Below are positions 1-12,470 of a stretch of DNA of 63,944 nt, piece after piece (within the stretch, counting starts at the first letter, position 1; each line of letters starts with the position of its first letter). Below the pieces are notes generated by a model that was given only the letters and a program-made list of their open reading frames with translations, was not told where the DNA came from and searched no databases. The DNA comes from Rhynchobatus australiae (taxonomy: Eukaryota). The DNA lies in the NCBI GenBank assembly GCA_034780895.1, contig JAUZTB010000098.1, positions 81,293,463 through 81,357,406 of the forward strand, written 5' to 3'. The position numbers were made by a program, and so were the translations under genes.

Positions 1-249
1 CAATATCTCCAACTCAGAAAGTCAACTGTGTTGAAATTTGCAAATTTCCTTTGTTCTTCTTGGGTTTGATTGCTACTCTTCTGATACCTGAACATAGTGA
101 ATTTGGAAACTGAACCATCTTCAACAAGATGTGGCTATCATTGAGCCATTGAGGTGTTTAACCTTGCTGTCTGCAAATCCTGATAAGTGGCAAGTAGTCA
201 AGCACAATAAAAGCAAAGGCTAACTCTATGTCCGTAGTTCCATACAAAA

Positions 250-565
250 TAGATTCCAGCCATTCATCTCATTGAATCTCTCCAGCTCATAATGCAATCC
301 CATTCCCCATTAATTTCCCCTGTAACCTATTCTCCTCACATTCCTATCAACGGAGTCCAGATTCTACCACTCACCTACACTGTAGAGATAATTTACCATG
401 GCCAACTAACCTACCACCTGTCTTTGGGATGTGGAATGAAACTGAAACATCAAGAGGAAACCAATATGGTCATGGAGAGAACATGCAAACCTCATACAGG
501 CAGCACTGGTGGTCAGGATTGGACCCAAGTCACTGGAGCTGTGAGGAAGCTACTCTACCAGCTGA
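250..565 (-). mobile_element. V-SINE (HE1-like tRNA-derived SINE with CR1-type tail), decayed
   Basis: Reverse complement of the V-domain (tctttgggatgtgg..gaaactgaaac..gaggaaacc..ggagagaacatgcaaac) and a tRNA-like head (ggtcaggattggaccc..ctggagctgtgagg). Similar to copies at 16755, 41865 and 59605. Confidence 0.75.
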
Positions 566-1642
566 TGATTGGTTTGCTTTCACACATATCTGAATAATCC
601 CATAATACCTCGTAATATCAGTTAGATAAACCAAAATGAGCATTAGGAAAATGAGAGGCAGAAGCTTGGTCCCAAGGCATGCTGCAGCCTTGCGTTATTC
701 TCAGGAGCATAACAGGCGCCAATGACTAAAGTCAGATGAGTTCAAGCATTTGTACTATCAGGACTGTTCTGCCTCACCATAACCCTTACTTACCATCCAT
801 TGTAATGAAGGAAGGAAGCACAAAGAATTTGCAAGTTTGTAATATAAATAGAGAGCAATGAATACCAGGAAACAATAAGGATGATGACATTGTCTGACCC
901 CTTGAATTGAGATTGAAAGCACTGAACTTACTCTAATGGTTATATTATTTCCAAAATGTTTTCTTCTGTTCTTTTTTTAAGTCCTGCAGCTCTTCTGAAC
1001 GGGATGCCCCACAGTGAGCCTTTGCTTCAAAATATTTGCAGCTCTCCCCTGTACTTTCTTCCCAAGTGGTCATACTTGACATGTGGACAACACCAATAAC
1101 TTCAGGAGAGCTCATCAACATTGGGAAGCAAGAAAAATGACCCGGGCTGTGGGAGCAGAGGTGAGGGTGAAATTAGTCAAGGGCAATATACAAAATGGAT
1201 ACTAGTGAATTGACATCCTGTTTTAGACCCTACATATAGTTTTCTGTTTCCACTGATGACAATATCAGGCAGAACATTAAATGGACCCACATTCTTGACC
1301 ATAGGCTGNNNNNNNNNNNNNNNNNNNNNNNNNNNNNNNNNNNNNNNNNNNNNNNNNNNNNNNNNNNNNNNNNNNNNNNNNNNNNNNNNNNNNNNNNNNN
1401 NNNNNNNNAGGCTGAAACAAATTCCCCCCCATTTTTATTTCTAGCTGAGATCTTGCGCTGTTCTATAAAACAATGTCTGTAAATGGCTTCTTGATGAGAT
1501 ACTTTACACACTAATATTTTGAAAACTTCTGTGGATGCACACTTTACAAGCCATGTACTCTGACTAAAGTAGTGACTGTCATCTGGATTTCACACTGGTC
1601 CGGCTGTCTTGACTTTCTCCAAATCCAATGCAAAAAGTAGGC

Positions 1643-1815
1643 AAGAGCTTGTACCTACATAGCACCTTTCACAATCTCAGCATGTTCCAAATCAATTTAC
1701 AACTAATGAGATACTTATGTCACTGTTGTAATGCAAGAAATGAGACTGCCAACTTACATCAGTAAAGTTTCACAAACAGCAATGAGATAATCTAATTCAG
1801 TGTATTCCCTGTTCT
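1643..1815 (-). mobile_element. Deu-domain SINE (SacSINE1/AmnSINE-like) 3' fragment
   Basis: atagcacctttcacaatctcag..cactgttgtaatgcaagaaa..cacaaacagcaatgagataa matches the same segment in the copies at 21365 and 31150. Confidence 0.65.
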
Positions 1816-1861
1816 GATGAAAATTTCTTATGAAAAGCAACAATTCAGGTTGAAGATAAAG

Positions 1862-1982
1862 GGACAGGAGCAGGAGTAGATTCATCGACTCCTGCAGCCT
1901 GCTGCCATTCAGTAATACGGCTGATCCAGTCTTTGCCTCGATACCACTTTCCCAAGCTCTCCCTATTACCCTTTGACCCCTT
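1862..1982 (-). mobile_element. CR1 LINE 3' end fragment
   Basis: ggagcaggagtag..cctgctgccattcagtaat..ggctgatc is the reverse CR1 3' UTR; the same motif occurs at 29700. Confidence 0.6.
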
Positions 1983-2029
1983 GACATGAAGCATGATGAG
2001 CAGAACTGAGCATTGCAATTTAGAAAGGA

Positions 2030-2378
2030 CCTATTGGCCAAGAATTGAGTACAGCATAGATATACCTGGATAATACCAGGACAGCAAGGATTAACTTGCA
2101 AGGAGAGATGTTAGAAAGGGTTGAATTCCCTGATATTCAGAAGCCTAAAGAGTGGATCTATAGAAGTTTTCAAAATATTAAGAAGGCAAACAGGTCAGAT
2201 TGATAGAGAGAAACCATTTCTGTTGGATAGTGAGTGTCAGACTGTGGACGTAGTTTAAAAATGAGCTAGACCTTCCTGGAATAGGGTTAAGAAACACTTC
2301 TATATGCAGAAGGTGAGAGAAATTTGGACTCTTCTCTGCAAATGGCAACTGATGATAGGTCAATTATTAATTTTAAAA
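2030..2378 (+). mobile_element. CR1 LINE ORF2 3' fragment, decayed
   Basis: ggatctatagaagttttcaaaatattaagaagg (RGDLIEVFKI-like), and agaaacacttctatatgcagaagg..ttggactctt (RxxFFxQRV..WNSL-like). Confidence 0.6.
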
Positions 2379-3924
2379 GCCCAACTTATGAACACCGATA
2401 CATACAAATGAGCTCTTATAATATCATTAAATTCAACAGTTCTTTGTATATACAGATGTTCATTCCTATGAATGGCAGAACTAGTTTCCTCTGTCTCTCC
2501 ACTTTTAGCAATTGTTTTTTCTCCTCAGTCTTATGTGCATTTGATGCCATTCATTACAACACTGTGGAGGTATTGTTACCACAACAAGTGATTTCTGTGT
2601 GTTTTCTGACTAAAGAACAATATTGACTTAAGGACCCATGTAAAAATGGAACCCATTCATTACCCAGGGATGGCCTGTACAAGGCTGGAAGACATTGAGA
2701 ACCAAATATTTAAAGGGGAAAAAGGCAAGTATGAGGATTTAGGCAATAGAACAGCCATGATCTCATTGATCAGAAGAAAATGCTCAAGTGGCTAAATAAG
2801 CCACTCTTTAGGTTTCTAACTTTATCAGAATCACATGGGTCATCAATACAGACACCAGCCTTATTTTGATATTGTGCCAGAGGTGGAAAGCTGATTAGAG
2901 GGATCCAAACAAGGTGTTACAGATCAGATGAACACAAATCCATTACTACCACCCCCACCTTACAGCCACAACGGCAGCATCTCCTTCATTCATCAGTTAT
3001 TGTTTTACTTGCTGATTTTTGATTTCAGTTCATCTGGAGCAGATCCTTTCACAGGTCCCCTTTCCAACAGACACTTCAGATTTTTTAGTTATTGTTCCTT
3101 TTCTTCTCTGAAACCTCAATGGGGTTTAAAAGAGTTATGACCCACTACTCTTCAAATGCTCCCCCGTTGAAACATGCTCCACTTGCCTCACTTCACTGCC
3201 TGGAACTATACGTAGTGCTGCTTTTTTCTCCCACATTGAGCTGGAAACACATTGATCAAGGGAGTTGTCCATATAGTTTTCCAGCAACTCTTGTACTTTC
3301 AAACTTTTCCCTGCCTAACATCTGCCCTTCAATTCATAGCATCATAGAAGCTTATCTGTGTTGGATTGCCATTATGGAACAGAATTCGCTGCAACATTTC
3401 TGCAGCTATTGATCTGCTTGGTTGAACCCTTGCTTACACTTTTGATTCCCCACCTCCACATTAAGACAAATGACTCCCTCTTGCTTGCTTGCTCTGACTG
3501 CTACAGAGACACAAAATTGAACAGATGTCTCAAGCAAACGAATATATTAATGGAGCCGAAAAGCAAGGGGGCTATGCTACAGCTGGAACTTTCATTCAAT
3601 GCTGGAGATTACACTGTAGGATGGAAAGGGTGCAGAAGAGGTTTCTTGGATTGGTGCCAGGGATGAAGAAGGGCTAGAAAACTGAGGGTTATTCTGAGGA
3701 CAAAGAAAATTAAAAGGACATTTGATAGGTGTTCAAAACCATGAATGGACTTTACGCAGTAAAAAAGAAAGAAGCAGTTTCAGAAATTCCTTCTTATTAC
3801 TGTCTAAAATGATCAACCTCTTATTGCAAAGCCATTCCCATTGGTTCCAGTTATCCCCACAAGGGGAAAGCACCATCTCATCTCCCTCAGAAATGGACGT
3901 GTTTTGAAAAGATTACTTTTCATT

Positions 3925-5127
3925 CTTCAATGACCTTCTTGAAGAGGTAACTAATATTGATGAGGGCACTGCAGCTAAGGTGGTTTACATCGACTTCAGA
4001 ATGGCCTTTGAAAAGGTTCCACGTGGATGGCCCAAAAGTTAGAGCCCACGGGATCCAAAGAAAGTTGGCAAATTGGATCCAAACTTTGCTTGGTAATAGG
4101 AAAGCGAAGGTGATGGTAAAGGGTTGCTTTTGTGATGGAAACCTGGAATCAGCAGTGTAACCACAGTGATTGGTGCTGGGACCCTTGCTTTTTGTTACAC
4201 ACAAGTTGTTAATATACATAAATGTACAAGGTACAAGGTAGTAGGTTTGCAGAGAAACAAATTGGTGATGTAGTTTATAGCGAGGAGAGTAATCTTAGGC
4301 TACAGAATGATATTGATCAGCTGGTAAGTTGGGTAGAGCAATGACAGATACAACTTAATGGTGATAAGTGGGAGGTGATGCATTTTGGGAGATTTAATAA
4401 GGGTGTGCAATGAATAGTAAGTCACCAAAGAGTATTGAAGAACAAAAGAACCTTGGTATTCAAGTCCAAAGATCCCTGAAGGTGGCACCACAGTAGATAA
4501 GGTGGTCAAGACAACATATGGGATGTTGGCCTTCATTAGTCAGGGCATGAAATACAAGGGCTTGGAGATCTTAGTACAGTTCTATAAAACATTAATTAGG
4601 GAACAGCCAGGATAGTGTGCACAGTTCCAGTAACCCTAATATAGGGAGGATGTGATTATTCAGGAGAGGGTACAGAGAGATTCACTAGGATGCAGCCTGG
4701 GAAGGAACATTTTAGTTCAAAGGAGAGACTATAGGCTGGGTTTGTTTTCCTTGGAGGCTGAGGGTGATACAAAACTAGGGGGGAATGGATAGTGTAGAGA
4801 GTAAGAAACTTTTCTCCATGGCTGAGGTATCCAAGACCAAAGGGTATAGGTTTAAGGTAAGGGGTTATAGGTTTAGAGGGAATCTGAGGAAGGATTTTGT
4901 TTTCCACCCAGAGAATGGTTAAAATCCAGAATGCTCTGCCTGAAAAGGTGGAAGAGGTAGGTATCCTCACAACACCTAAGCAGCATCTGGATGAGAACTT
5001 GAATTGCCAAGGCATAGTAGGCTATGGATTAAAAGCTGGTCAGTAGGATAAGTACAGCCAGGTACTTGATGGCCAGCATGAACAAGATGGGTCAAAAGGA
5101 CTTGTTTGTGTTCTATTGCTCTATGAC
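3925..5127 (+). mobile_element. CR1 LINE, about 1.2 kb 5'-truncated copy (RT domain to 3' UTR), multiple frameshifts
   Basis: Contains FEEVT..IDEG, KVRAHGIQ..LANWIQ and GxVLGPLLF-like segments, then LEYCxQF, FFTQR and WNALPE segments and a typical CR1 3' tail (atgggtcaaaagga..ctctatgac). Confidence 0.85.
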
Positions 5128-5529
5128 AAAATATCAAACTTCTGTCATATTCTGTAATCTGCAGTTCTACATGCAGTGCAGAGTCTAAATATTTACCCTT
5201 TAAACTTTGCTGCATCTGAAAGAATTTCCCTTTTGCAAGTCAGTCTGGACAAGCAAAGCCCCTGGGTCGGTATAAGAATTTCCTGTGTTGTATGCATTTT
5301 TAAATTCACCTTGGCTGTATGGAAGGGAATGTGATTACTATATGCAGTGTATATGCGAGGATTTATTTCTTCTGAGATTTAAAGGAGAGCTGTCATCACA
5401 GAATCCATGATACTTTCATGGCAACAGATTGGAACATCAGAATGTTGATGGTGGTACTGTTGGCACTTCCCAATGTCAAGGCCATATGCAAATCTGCCAT
5501 TTCTAATTCTGCTTTCTTCTTCCAACATT

Positions 5530-5652
5530 AGAAAACATGCAGCTAATGAAATATATCTGTCACTCTTTTAATGCAGGAGGAGTGGCAGCTGACTTGCATG
5601 CAGCAAAGTCCCATAAACAACAATGAGATAATGACCAGTTATCTGTTTTAGT
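5530..5652 (-). mobile_element. Deu-domain SINE fragment
   Basis: gcagcaaagtcccataaacaacaatgagataatgaccagttatctgttttagt, the reverse complement of the Deu-SINE central/3' part. Confidence 0.6.
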
Positions 5653-5677
5653 CTGATGAAACATTTTTGACTTGAAA

Positions 5678-5737
<60 letters not shown>

Positions 5738-5773
5738 CTGTTGCTGCCTGATCAGCTGACTATTTTCCACATT
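5653..5773 (+). mobile_element. Penelope-like terminal repeat fragment with decayed hammerhead core
   Basis: CTGATGA..GAAA followed by tttctctc..ccac..tgctgcctgatcagctga..ttcc, homologous to the repeats at 7310, 30210 and 45470. Confidence 0.55.
5682..5735. repeat. (TC)n microsatellite, about 27 units
   Basis: Perfect dinucleotide run visible directly. Confidence 0.98.
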
Positions 5774-5904
5774 AGAGTGGGTTCATTGATTCAGTTGAGA
5801 ACTTTTCACTGTACAGGTTGCACCCAACTTTGCATTGTACAGAAATCTTCTGACCTACCTGGTATTAACTTTTCCTTTGGGTGTGCCTCCTGTGCAACAA
5901 GATG

Positions 5905-6296
5905 TCAAGCTTGGCTCAGTTAGTGGTCTGTTTACTTCTAAGTCAGAACGTTTGTGGGTTCACATTCCACTTCGAGGATTGAACACATAATCTAGGCTCC
6001 AACCTAATACACTGCCGAGGGAATACTGCCCTGTTGCAGGGACCATTTTGTTTGATGAGATGTTAAATTCATGTCTGATAGGTCCACTTGGTTTATGTAA
6101 AAATCCCATGGCACTACAGGAAGAGCAGAAAGGTTTACGCTATTGTCTTGAGAGTTTATTTCTGGAAGAACATTTACCCTTCAACTAGTATCTCTCTGGT
6201 CATTAGCTCATTGACCTTTGTGGGAATTTGCTATGCCCAAACTGGCAGCCCCATTTCTTACATTATAAATTGACTCACTATGAAAATACTTCATTC
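5905..6296 (+). mobile_element. Deu-domain SINE, near full length
   Basis: tRNA-like head (ttggctcagttagtgg..gtgggttcacattccac with A/B-box remnants) and Deu core (gatgagatgttaaa..aatcccatggcacta..gaagagcag..ctggtcattagctcattg..ttgtgggaatttgct). Confidence 0.75.
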
Positions 6297-6754
6297 CACC
6301 TATTGACAGCAGAAAATGTTGGTATTTAGACATGCAAAGGATACAAGTGCTTCACTTTAAGCAGCAACTGTTGGTCTGATTTATAGTTAAGATTGTCTGG
6401 AAGGCATTTCAGAAACCTGCTTACTCTGGTTTGGAGCCATTCAGCAAGAACAGAATGTATGTTGCTGCATAATAATATTCACTTGGCTGAAATCATATCT
6501 GAAGTCTTGCCATCTGCCTGCGTGTTGTTGAAGTCCCCCAGAAGTAAAATCTCCCAGAGGAGCCTGCTGCTATGTACCATTTGAGCAAGTTGTTGAACTT
6601 ATCATTATTAAAATACTGCAGCACATGCTGCTAAAAAAGAGTTGGCTTCATTTCTTATGTATTGCTTAACTTGAAGGCATGTCAATTGCATTTTATTTAC
6701 AGGACCACCAACACAAGCCAAATCGCAGTCCACTGCAATGTTAAAAAGGACCGA

Positions 6755-6965
6755 TAAATGTTAAAGTGCAGAAGACCATTTGGTCCACTGGTTGTTTCCT
6801 CCGACCTTGTTGGATCCAATACTAATCCCACTTTGCTACCACAGTTTGCCCTAAACCTTCATTCACTTTTCCTTAGATGGATTCACAGGTTCTGCCTCAA
6901 CCATTCCTTCTCACAAAGTATTCCATGCTCCAACAACAGTCTGCATAAGGCAGTTCTCTCCAACT
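6755..6965 (-). mobile_element. CR1 LINE 3' fragment, old
   Basis: gcagaagaccatttggtccac..ctgcctcaacc..tattccatgctccaacaacagtctg, the reverse CR1 tail. Confidence 0.5.
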
Positions 6966-7074
6966 GGCACAATGTTCGGGGCGGCAGGCGGGTAGGTTGA
7001 AAGTAAGTAAGTTCTGGAGCTGGTTCCTAATATCACTGGTAATTATGTGATAGAAATTCTCCAAGACAGATGAC

Positions 7075-7710
7075 GATGGGTTCAGCTCCAGAAATGAGCA
7101 GAAAATCTATGCTGACACATTTGAATGGGATTCTGAGAGAACATTCCACCATCAGCCTAACATGGCCAGAATTTGCTGTTACTCAGATAAGATGCTAAAC
7201 TGACCCCTTATCTTCCCAACCCTAAAGGGATTAAGAGATAACATTTTGAAGGGCAGGGAGTGGTCCCAAATGTTCTGATAAAACTGATCCCTCAATAAAT
7301 ATTACTAAAACACAAAGAGAGACACAAGAAACTGAAAATGCTAGAATCTGGAGCAATAAGCAAACTGCTGGAGGAATTCAGCAGGTCAAGCAGCTTCTGT
7401 GGAGAGTAATGGACAGTCGATGTTTTAGGTCAAGACCATTCACCTCGACTGGAGATGAAGTGTCTAGATCCAAAATGTTGACTGTCCATTTCTCTCCACA
7501 GATGCTGCTTGACCCACTGAGTTCCTCCAGAAGTCTATTACTAAAGGACAAAATGATCTTCATTGGATTGATTATTGTGCCACGTTATTGCTTGTATATT
7601 GGCTGGCACATTGCAATCGTGACTAAACTTTAGCAGTCCATCATTGACTGAAGGTACTTTGACATGTCCAGAAGTCAAAAATTGATGATACATGACCCCA
7701 AGTCTTTCAT
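7075..7710 (+). mobile_element. Deu-domain SINE split by a Penelope-repeat insertion (7310-7535)
   Basis: The 5' part (gggttcagctccaga..gctgacac..cagataagatg..gcagggagt..ccctcaa) resumes after the insert (cattggctg-like, tttgacatgtcc, caagtctttc). Confidence 0.55.
7310..7535. mobile_element. Palindromic insertion of two inverted Penelope terminal-repeat halves, with 10-bp TSD
   Basis: Arms 7368-7445 and 7453-7530 are reverse complements (about 80% by eye). TATTACTAAA occurs at 7300-7309 and 7536-7545. Confidence 0.75.
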
Positions 7711-9704
7711 TCTAATTTCCACAGGTCACTGTTGCACTAAATGAATACATTTGAAACTGGGTCTGAATTATTACTCAAAGCAAAATGGACAAGGTTAAAT
7801 GAAACAGAAGGTGCTAGAAATAGTCTGATAGGGCAGCATCAATGGATAGAGAGAGTTAACATTTCTGGTCTGTTTTATTTCAGATTTCCAACAATATATC
7901 ACTTTTAGACAAGGTTAAATACCATTCCTCCATAATGGGAGAAAAATAATCAAATAACTACAAAATTAGTTGCTGTGTTACCCAACTCTCCAATCTGTAA
8001 ATTTTAGGATCTCCCACACATCCTTTAATATATTAGACTCATTTTCCCATGTCCATATAAAAAATATTTCAATTACAAGGCAATTTTAATTGTGTGGCTG
8101 TTTCATTTATTTGATGGTTTTTTTTCTATGGTGCTGTTTATTCTTGGTTCCCCTCACTCCCCATCCCGTCTCGTTAAACTGAGACTATTCTATTCTCTAT
8201 GGTAAACAGGATGGGAGGATCCATCCAACCAATGTTGTCCAGGAGTATTGTGAATGTGTGACGATCTTGGCACACATCAGCTGGAAGGGACTTTCCCTCC
8301 CTCACTGATTCCCAGCATTTCCAATTCTAATTGAAAACATTCCCAGATATGTCAGGACAACATCTCCTGCCTCCAAATTTCCTGAGCCCACCATTGATTG
8401 CCCAGCATCCTCACTACACAATTTCCAGGCACACAAATTAGAAAGCAAATAAATAAGCACCTTAATACCAAATAAGATAATTTTGGACTTTCAGTAAAAT
8501 AGCATTAATGCATTCTCTACTCTTTTAAGAAACAAACTGAAGTCCTAAATTAAAATGCCCTTGCTGCTCACATCAAGGTACTGGAAATTGATCTTGAGAC
8601 CACAGACCAAGTTTAAAGTGTTTACCACATGACTGATATGTGGTAACATTTCCTGAAGGTTCAAGCATTAAAAGGAGAAATGGAAAAACTAAGAAGAGCT
8701 CTGACAGTCAGAGGACCCTGGCATTCATGGTTAGAGCATCCAAAAGAATATATTAATTATGAACTATAACTCAAACAGTCCCTCTTGATCTTCTACCCTT
8801 TGTCAAAAGAAAGCACTTATTGTAAGGGTAAGTTTTAGACCCCTTGAAAGCTGTAAGAAAAGTGACTGGTTTAAAAATCAAAGGAGGCTATAAAATGGGG
8901 TGAAGGCACCAGCTTCTCTTACCACGTTCTTGCTTGGATTGGCAGTGAACCTACTTTGCCAAGGAACATTTTGACCTTCCAGCAGAACATCCTGGTAGCA
9001 TTACTGAACCTGCAGCAGGTCTAGCAGGACAGTTTCCCTGAATGATTGGTGCTTTGTTACTGTATTCCATGAGAAGTCTGAGAGTAGTCAGAGTAACAGA
9101 GGCAAAAAGATGTTAAGAACTTTGAGATTTATGCGTTTGGGCACACTTGAGCAAGAGTCAAAATACCACCAGTTACACACAGAACTGCCAACATTTCTCA
9201 GCAAAGGCCTAACCAATGATTTTGAAACTATGGATTTTAACAATTGACACATGAGCCTAAAGAAATTGTTTTCCTCAAATTGTTTTATCAATCTTGACTT
9301 TTGAAAACTTTTATTGGGTCACCATTATCTTTTCTTTTCCAAGTAGAAAAGCCCTAATCTTTTTCAACTATTGCTCATAAATAAATCCCTCATACTTAAT
9401 AACTTGGTAGATCTATTCCTTCTTCGATAGTGTTTATATCTTTATTGAGTTGTGATGTCCAGACTGAGGCTTAATCAGTGATTAATAAATTTCTACCAAC
9501 CCTTTTGCTATTATACTTTGCTGCTTTCTTTATAAAATCAAATAACCGAGATGTCTTTATAAACCATCTTTTCTGCTGTGTTGTAACATCTTCAAGATTT
9601 TGTATGTCTGGGCACCAATGTCTTCCAGACTTTTACACTTTCTAAACTTATACATTTATAATATACCACCTTTCTATATTAGGCTTCCTGAAATGCAACC
9701 TTTC

Positions 9705-10205
9705 TTCCCTTGGGTCGCAAATATAGTTCTGCTGTATAAGAAAGGTGGGAGGCAGCATAAAGGAAATTACAGACCTATTAGTCTGACATCGGTGGTGGGA
9801 NNNNNNNNNNNNNNNNNNNNNNNNNNNNNNNNNNNNNNNNNNNNNNNNNNNNNNNNNNNNNNNNNNNNNNNNNNNNNNNNNNNNNNNNNNNNNNNNNNNN
9901 GGTGAGTCCAGGACTAGAGGGCACAATCTTAGAATTAGAGGGTACCTGTTTAAAACAGAGATGAGGAGAAATTTCTTTAGCCAGAGGGTAGTGAAATTAT
10001 GGAATTCTTTTCCACGTACAGCTATGGAGGCCCAATCATTGGAGGTATTTAAGGGGGAAATAGATAGGTTTCTAATTAGTCAAGGTATCAAGGGATACAG
10101 GGATAGGGCTGGAAATTGGGGCTGGATAGGAATAGTTTTAGTTTAGCTCATGGAGCAGACTTGATGGGCCAAATGGCCTACTGCTGCTCTTTTGTCTAGT
10201 GATCC
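9705..10205 (+). mobile_element. Young CR1 LINE spanning an assembly gap
   Basis: WVANIVLLYKKGGRQHKGNYRPISLTSVVG (pre-RT motif) lies before the gap. MRRNFFSQRVVKLWNSFP..FKGEIDRFL and the 3' UTR follow it. The RT core must be inside the gap, so the real gap is much larger than 100 bp. Confidence 0.88.
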
Positions 10206-10224
10206 TCCCCATGTTGAATGCTAT

Positions 10225-10617
10225 CAGGCGTTTGGTTAGGCTTGTATGGAGTAGAGTTTAGAAGAATGACAGGAGATGTCATTGAAACATGCAAAGTTCT
10301 GACAGGACTTGCTAAACTGAATGATGGGAGGATGTTTCCCTGTGTATGGGGCTTGGAACCAAGAGCCAGGATATGAAGACAGACATGTAGGTCTGAGATG
10401 AGGAGAAATTTCTTTACTTCTGTAGAATTCGCTATCAGAAGCCAAGTCACTGAATATAATTAAGGAGATAGATTTGATTTCAAGATACAAAAGGCATTCA
10501 AGGGAATGGGAAAAGTTTGGAAATATGGTATTGGGACAGAGGAACAAGCATGATCATATTGTATGGCAGGACAATCTTGAAGAGTTGAATGCCCTGCTCT
10601 TATTTTCTATGTTTCTA
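10225..10617 (+). mobile_element. CR1 LINE 3' fragment
   Basis: tagagtttagaagaatgacaggagat..attgaaacatgcaaagttctgacagg, gagatgaggagaaatttc and the 3' tail ttctatgtttc. Confidence 0.8.
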
Positions 10618-11279
10618 TTTCATCTTCCTGTCAAGTAGTCTTGAACCATACAACTATTCTCAACACTCTCTAATACTTTGCCTGGTAGAGTATCATTTAG
10701 AAACTTAATGCTGGTCCATATCATTCATAAAACATTTCAAATCATTTATCAAAGTTGAAATGAAAAATGAACTCAATAATGCCCCTTGGAATATTGTTGC
10801 AAATCCTCTCTCGAGTCTGAAAATGTGGTCCACCAAACATTCTTTCTTTGTTGCCACTAAGCACACAGGTCAAGAGTCTGACCTGTGTTCTGTCTGTCAC
10901 ACAGCAATAAATACCATAGTTCAAAATATTTAATTGTTTGTAAAGAGTTTCAGGTATTGTTGCAATGTTGCAAGTTTCTATAAATGGAAGTTTTGTTTCA
11001 CATTTTCTTGCTTTTATCACATAAAAACCAACAAATAAGATGATGCATTCATTTTACCAAATTGAAGCATACGGGAAAGGTTGGTTAACTCTGAACTGCG
11101 GTCCAAATTATAATTGTTCCTTAGTTAGGAACTTACAAGTAAAAGAAAACAGTCACAGGTACAACTTATCCTCCCCGGTTTACATGACTTCACTCAGGTA
11201 GTAGTGCTCCCTAAATATTTCAAGCAGAAAGTGACTTCATCTTGAAAAAAATCCGTACTTGTGCAAAAGCAATGTGTTT

Positions 11280-11530
11280 AGAGATATTAAGGTAAAATTC
11301 CTATGCTCCTCAACCAATGTCTATTCGCCTAGCCAGTAGGTCACTGCTGATTTATATCTCAACTTCATTTATCAGTCTTGGTCCTAATTAACCTTTAAAC
11401 CATCGTCTTGCAAAATATCTTTCCATTGCAGTTTTCATGTGATCTCGCCTCAGTGTTTTGAAAGTGTTTCAAATTTCACTACCATTGTGTGAAGAAGAGT
11501 TTCTTGGCATCACTCACGTGTGCTCTAGTT
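11280..11530 (-). mobile_element. CR1 LINE 3' fragment, old
   Basis: tcactgctgatttatatctcaacttcattt..aatttcactaccattgtgtgaagaag, the reverse CR1 tail. Confidence 0.55.
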
Positions 11531-11844
11531 GTCTTGTTTTCTCCAGCTCATTGATGTCACTAATATTTCCCAAACAATATTATTACTATTAGATATTGCT
11601 ACCTAGACAGATGCAACAAAATCAGTGTGGCAGGTAACCTACCAAATATTGCTGTGAGCTGTGAGACCAATCAGCACTCAGGATTTATCAAAATCTTATT
11701 AATGCTTAATATTTATGTTTTGTTGAATGAAATTTAAAGTGACAATGAAAGCTACACTGCAAGGTATTAGAGCCATGCCATATTTACTATTCTGTATATT
11801 CTAATCATGCACACATGAATGGAGCATAGGTTGCTTAAGAGGTA

Positions 11845-12195
11845 AGAAAGAAATACTTGCATTTAAACATCTACACACATGACCTCTGGTCAACTAAAGT
11901 TATACTGAAAAGTACCCACCTTTGTAATATAGAAACACTACTTAGTAGAAACACTATTTGCGTATCTAAGTTCCTGCAAATATCAATGTGATTAGCTGAT
12001 TTTAGGTTTGCTTGTTGGATGGATTTTGAATGGGATATTGGCAAAAATTCTTTTGCTCCTCTTCAATATAGTGCCTTAGGATCCTTTATGTTGATTGGAA
12101 ATGACAGTCTAGGACTCCTCGACCTCCTTCAGCAGTGCTTGGAGGGCTCAGCCTTACTTTAGTGTTCAAGTTTACAGAGCGAGGATGCTACTGTA
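11845..12195 (-). mobile_element. Deu-domain SINE, decayed
   Basis: agaaagaaatacttgcattt tail and tgctcctcttcaatatagtgccttaggatcctttatg Deu core. Confidence 0.6.
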
Positions 12196-12249
12196 GTGGC
12201 TAGCTACACTACTATAGAATAAAGACACAGAGTCTGTTGCTTGGAGTCA

Positions 12250-12470
12250 GAAGTCGATTGCTCAACAGGGGCGCAGTGCACCTTCAATACCAAAACCCTT
12301 CCCGTGCTTCAGTTCCCGCGCTGATGTCACGTGCGGGTCACCTGACCTTCCCATGCATGGGCTTTCTCTAGCCCAACGATGGAGAAGGAAGAGGGCCCTG
12401 CACCATCTTAGGTCAGGGCCTCCGACGACGCTCACGATCTCGGGAGCCGGTTCGATACCGGTGAGTCGCC
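12250..12470 (+). promoter_or_regulatory. CpG micro-island; candidate promoter and first exon ending at a GTGAGT donor
   Basis: About 17 CpG in about 220 bp against a CpG-poor background. TTCCCGCG at 12313-12320, GTCACGTG at 12326-12333, GTCACCTGAC at 12337-12346, donor CCG|GTGAGT at 12461. Confidence 0.45.

Noticed and set aside
982-1160. Exon-like segment (ttttttaag acceptor, AG|GTGAGG donor)
   Set aside because: Stops in all three frames and no supporting evidence; at most a non-coding exon.
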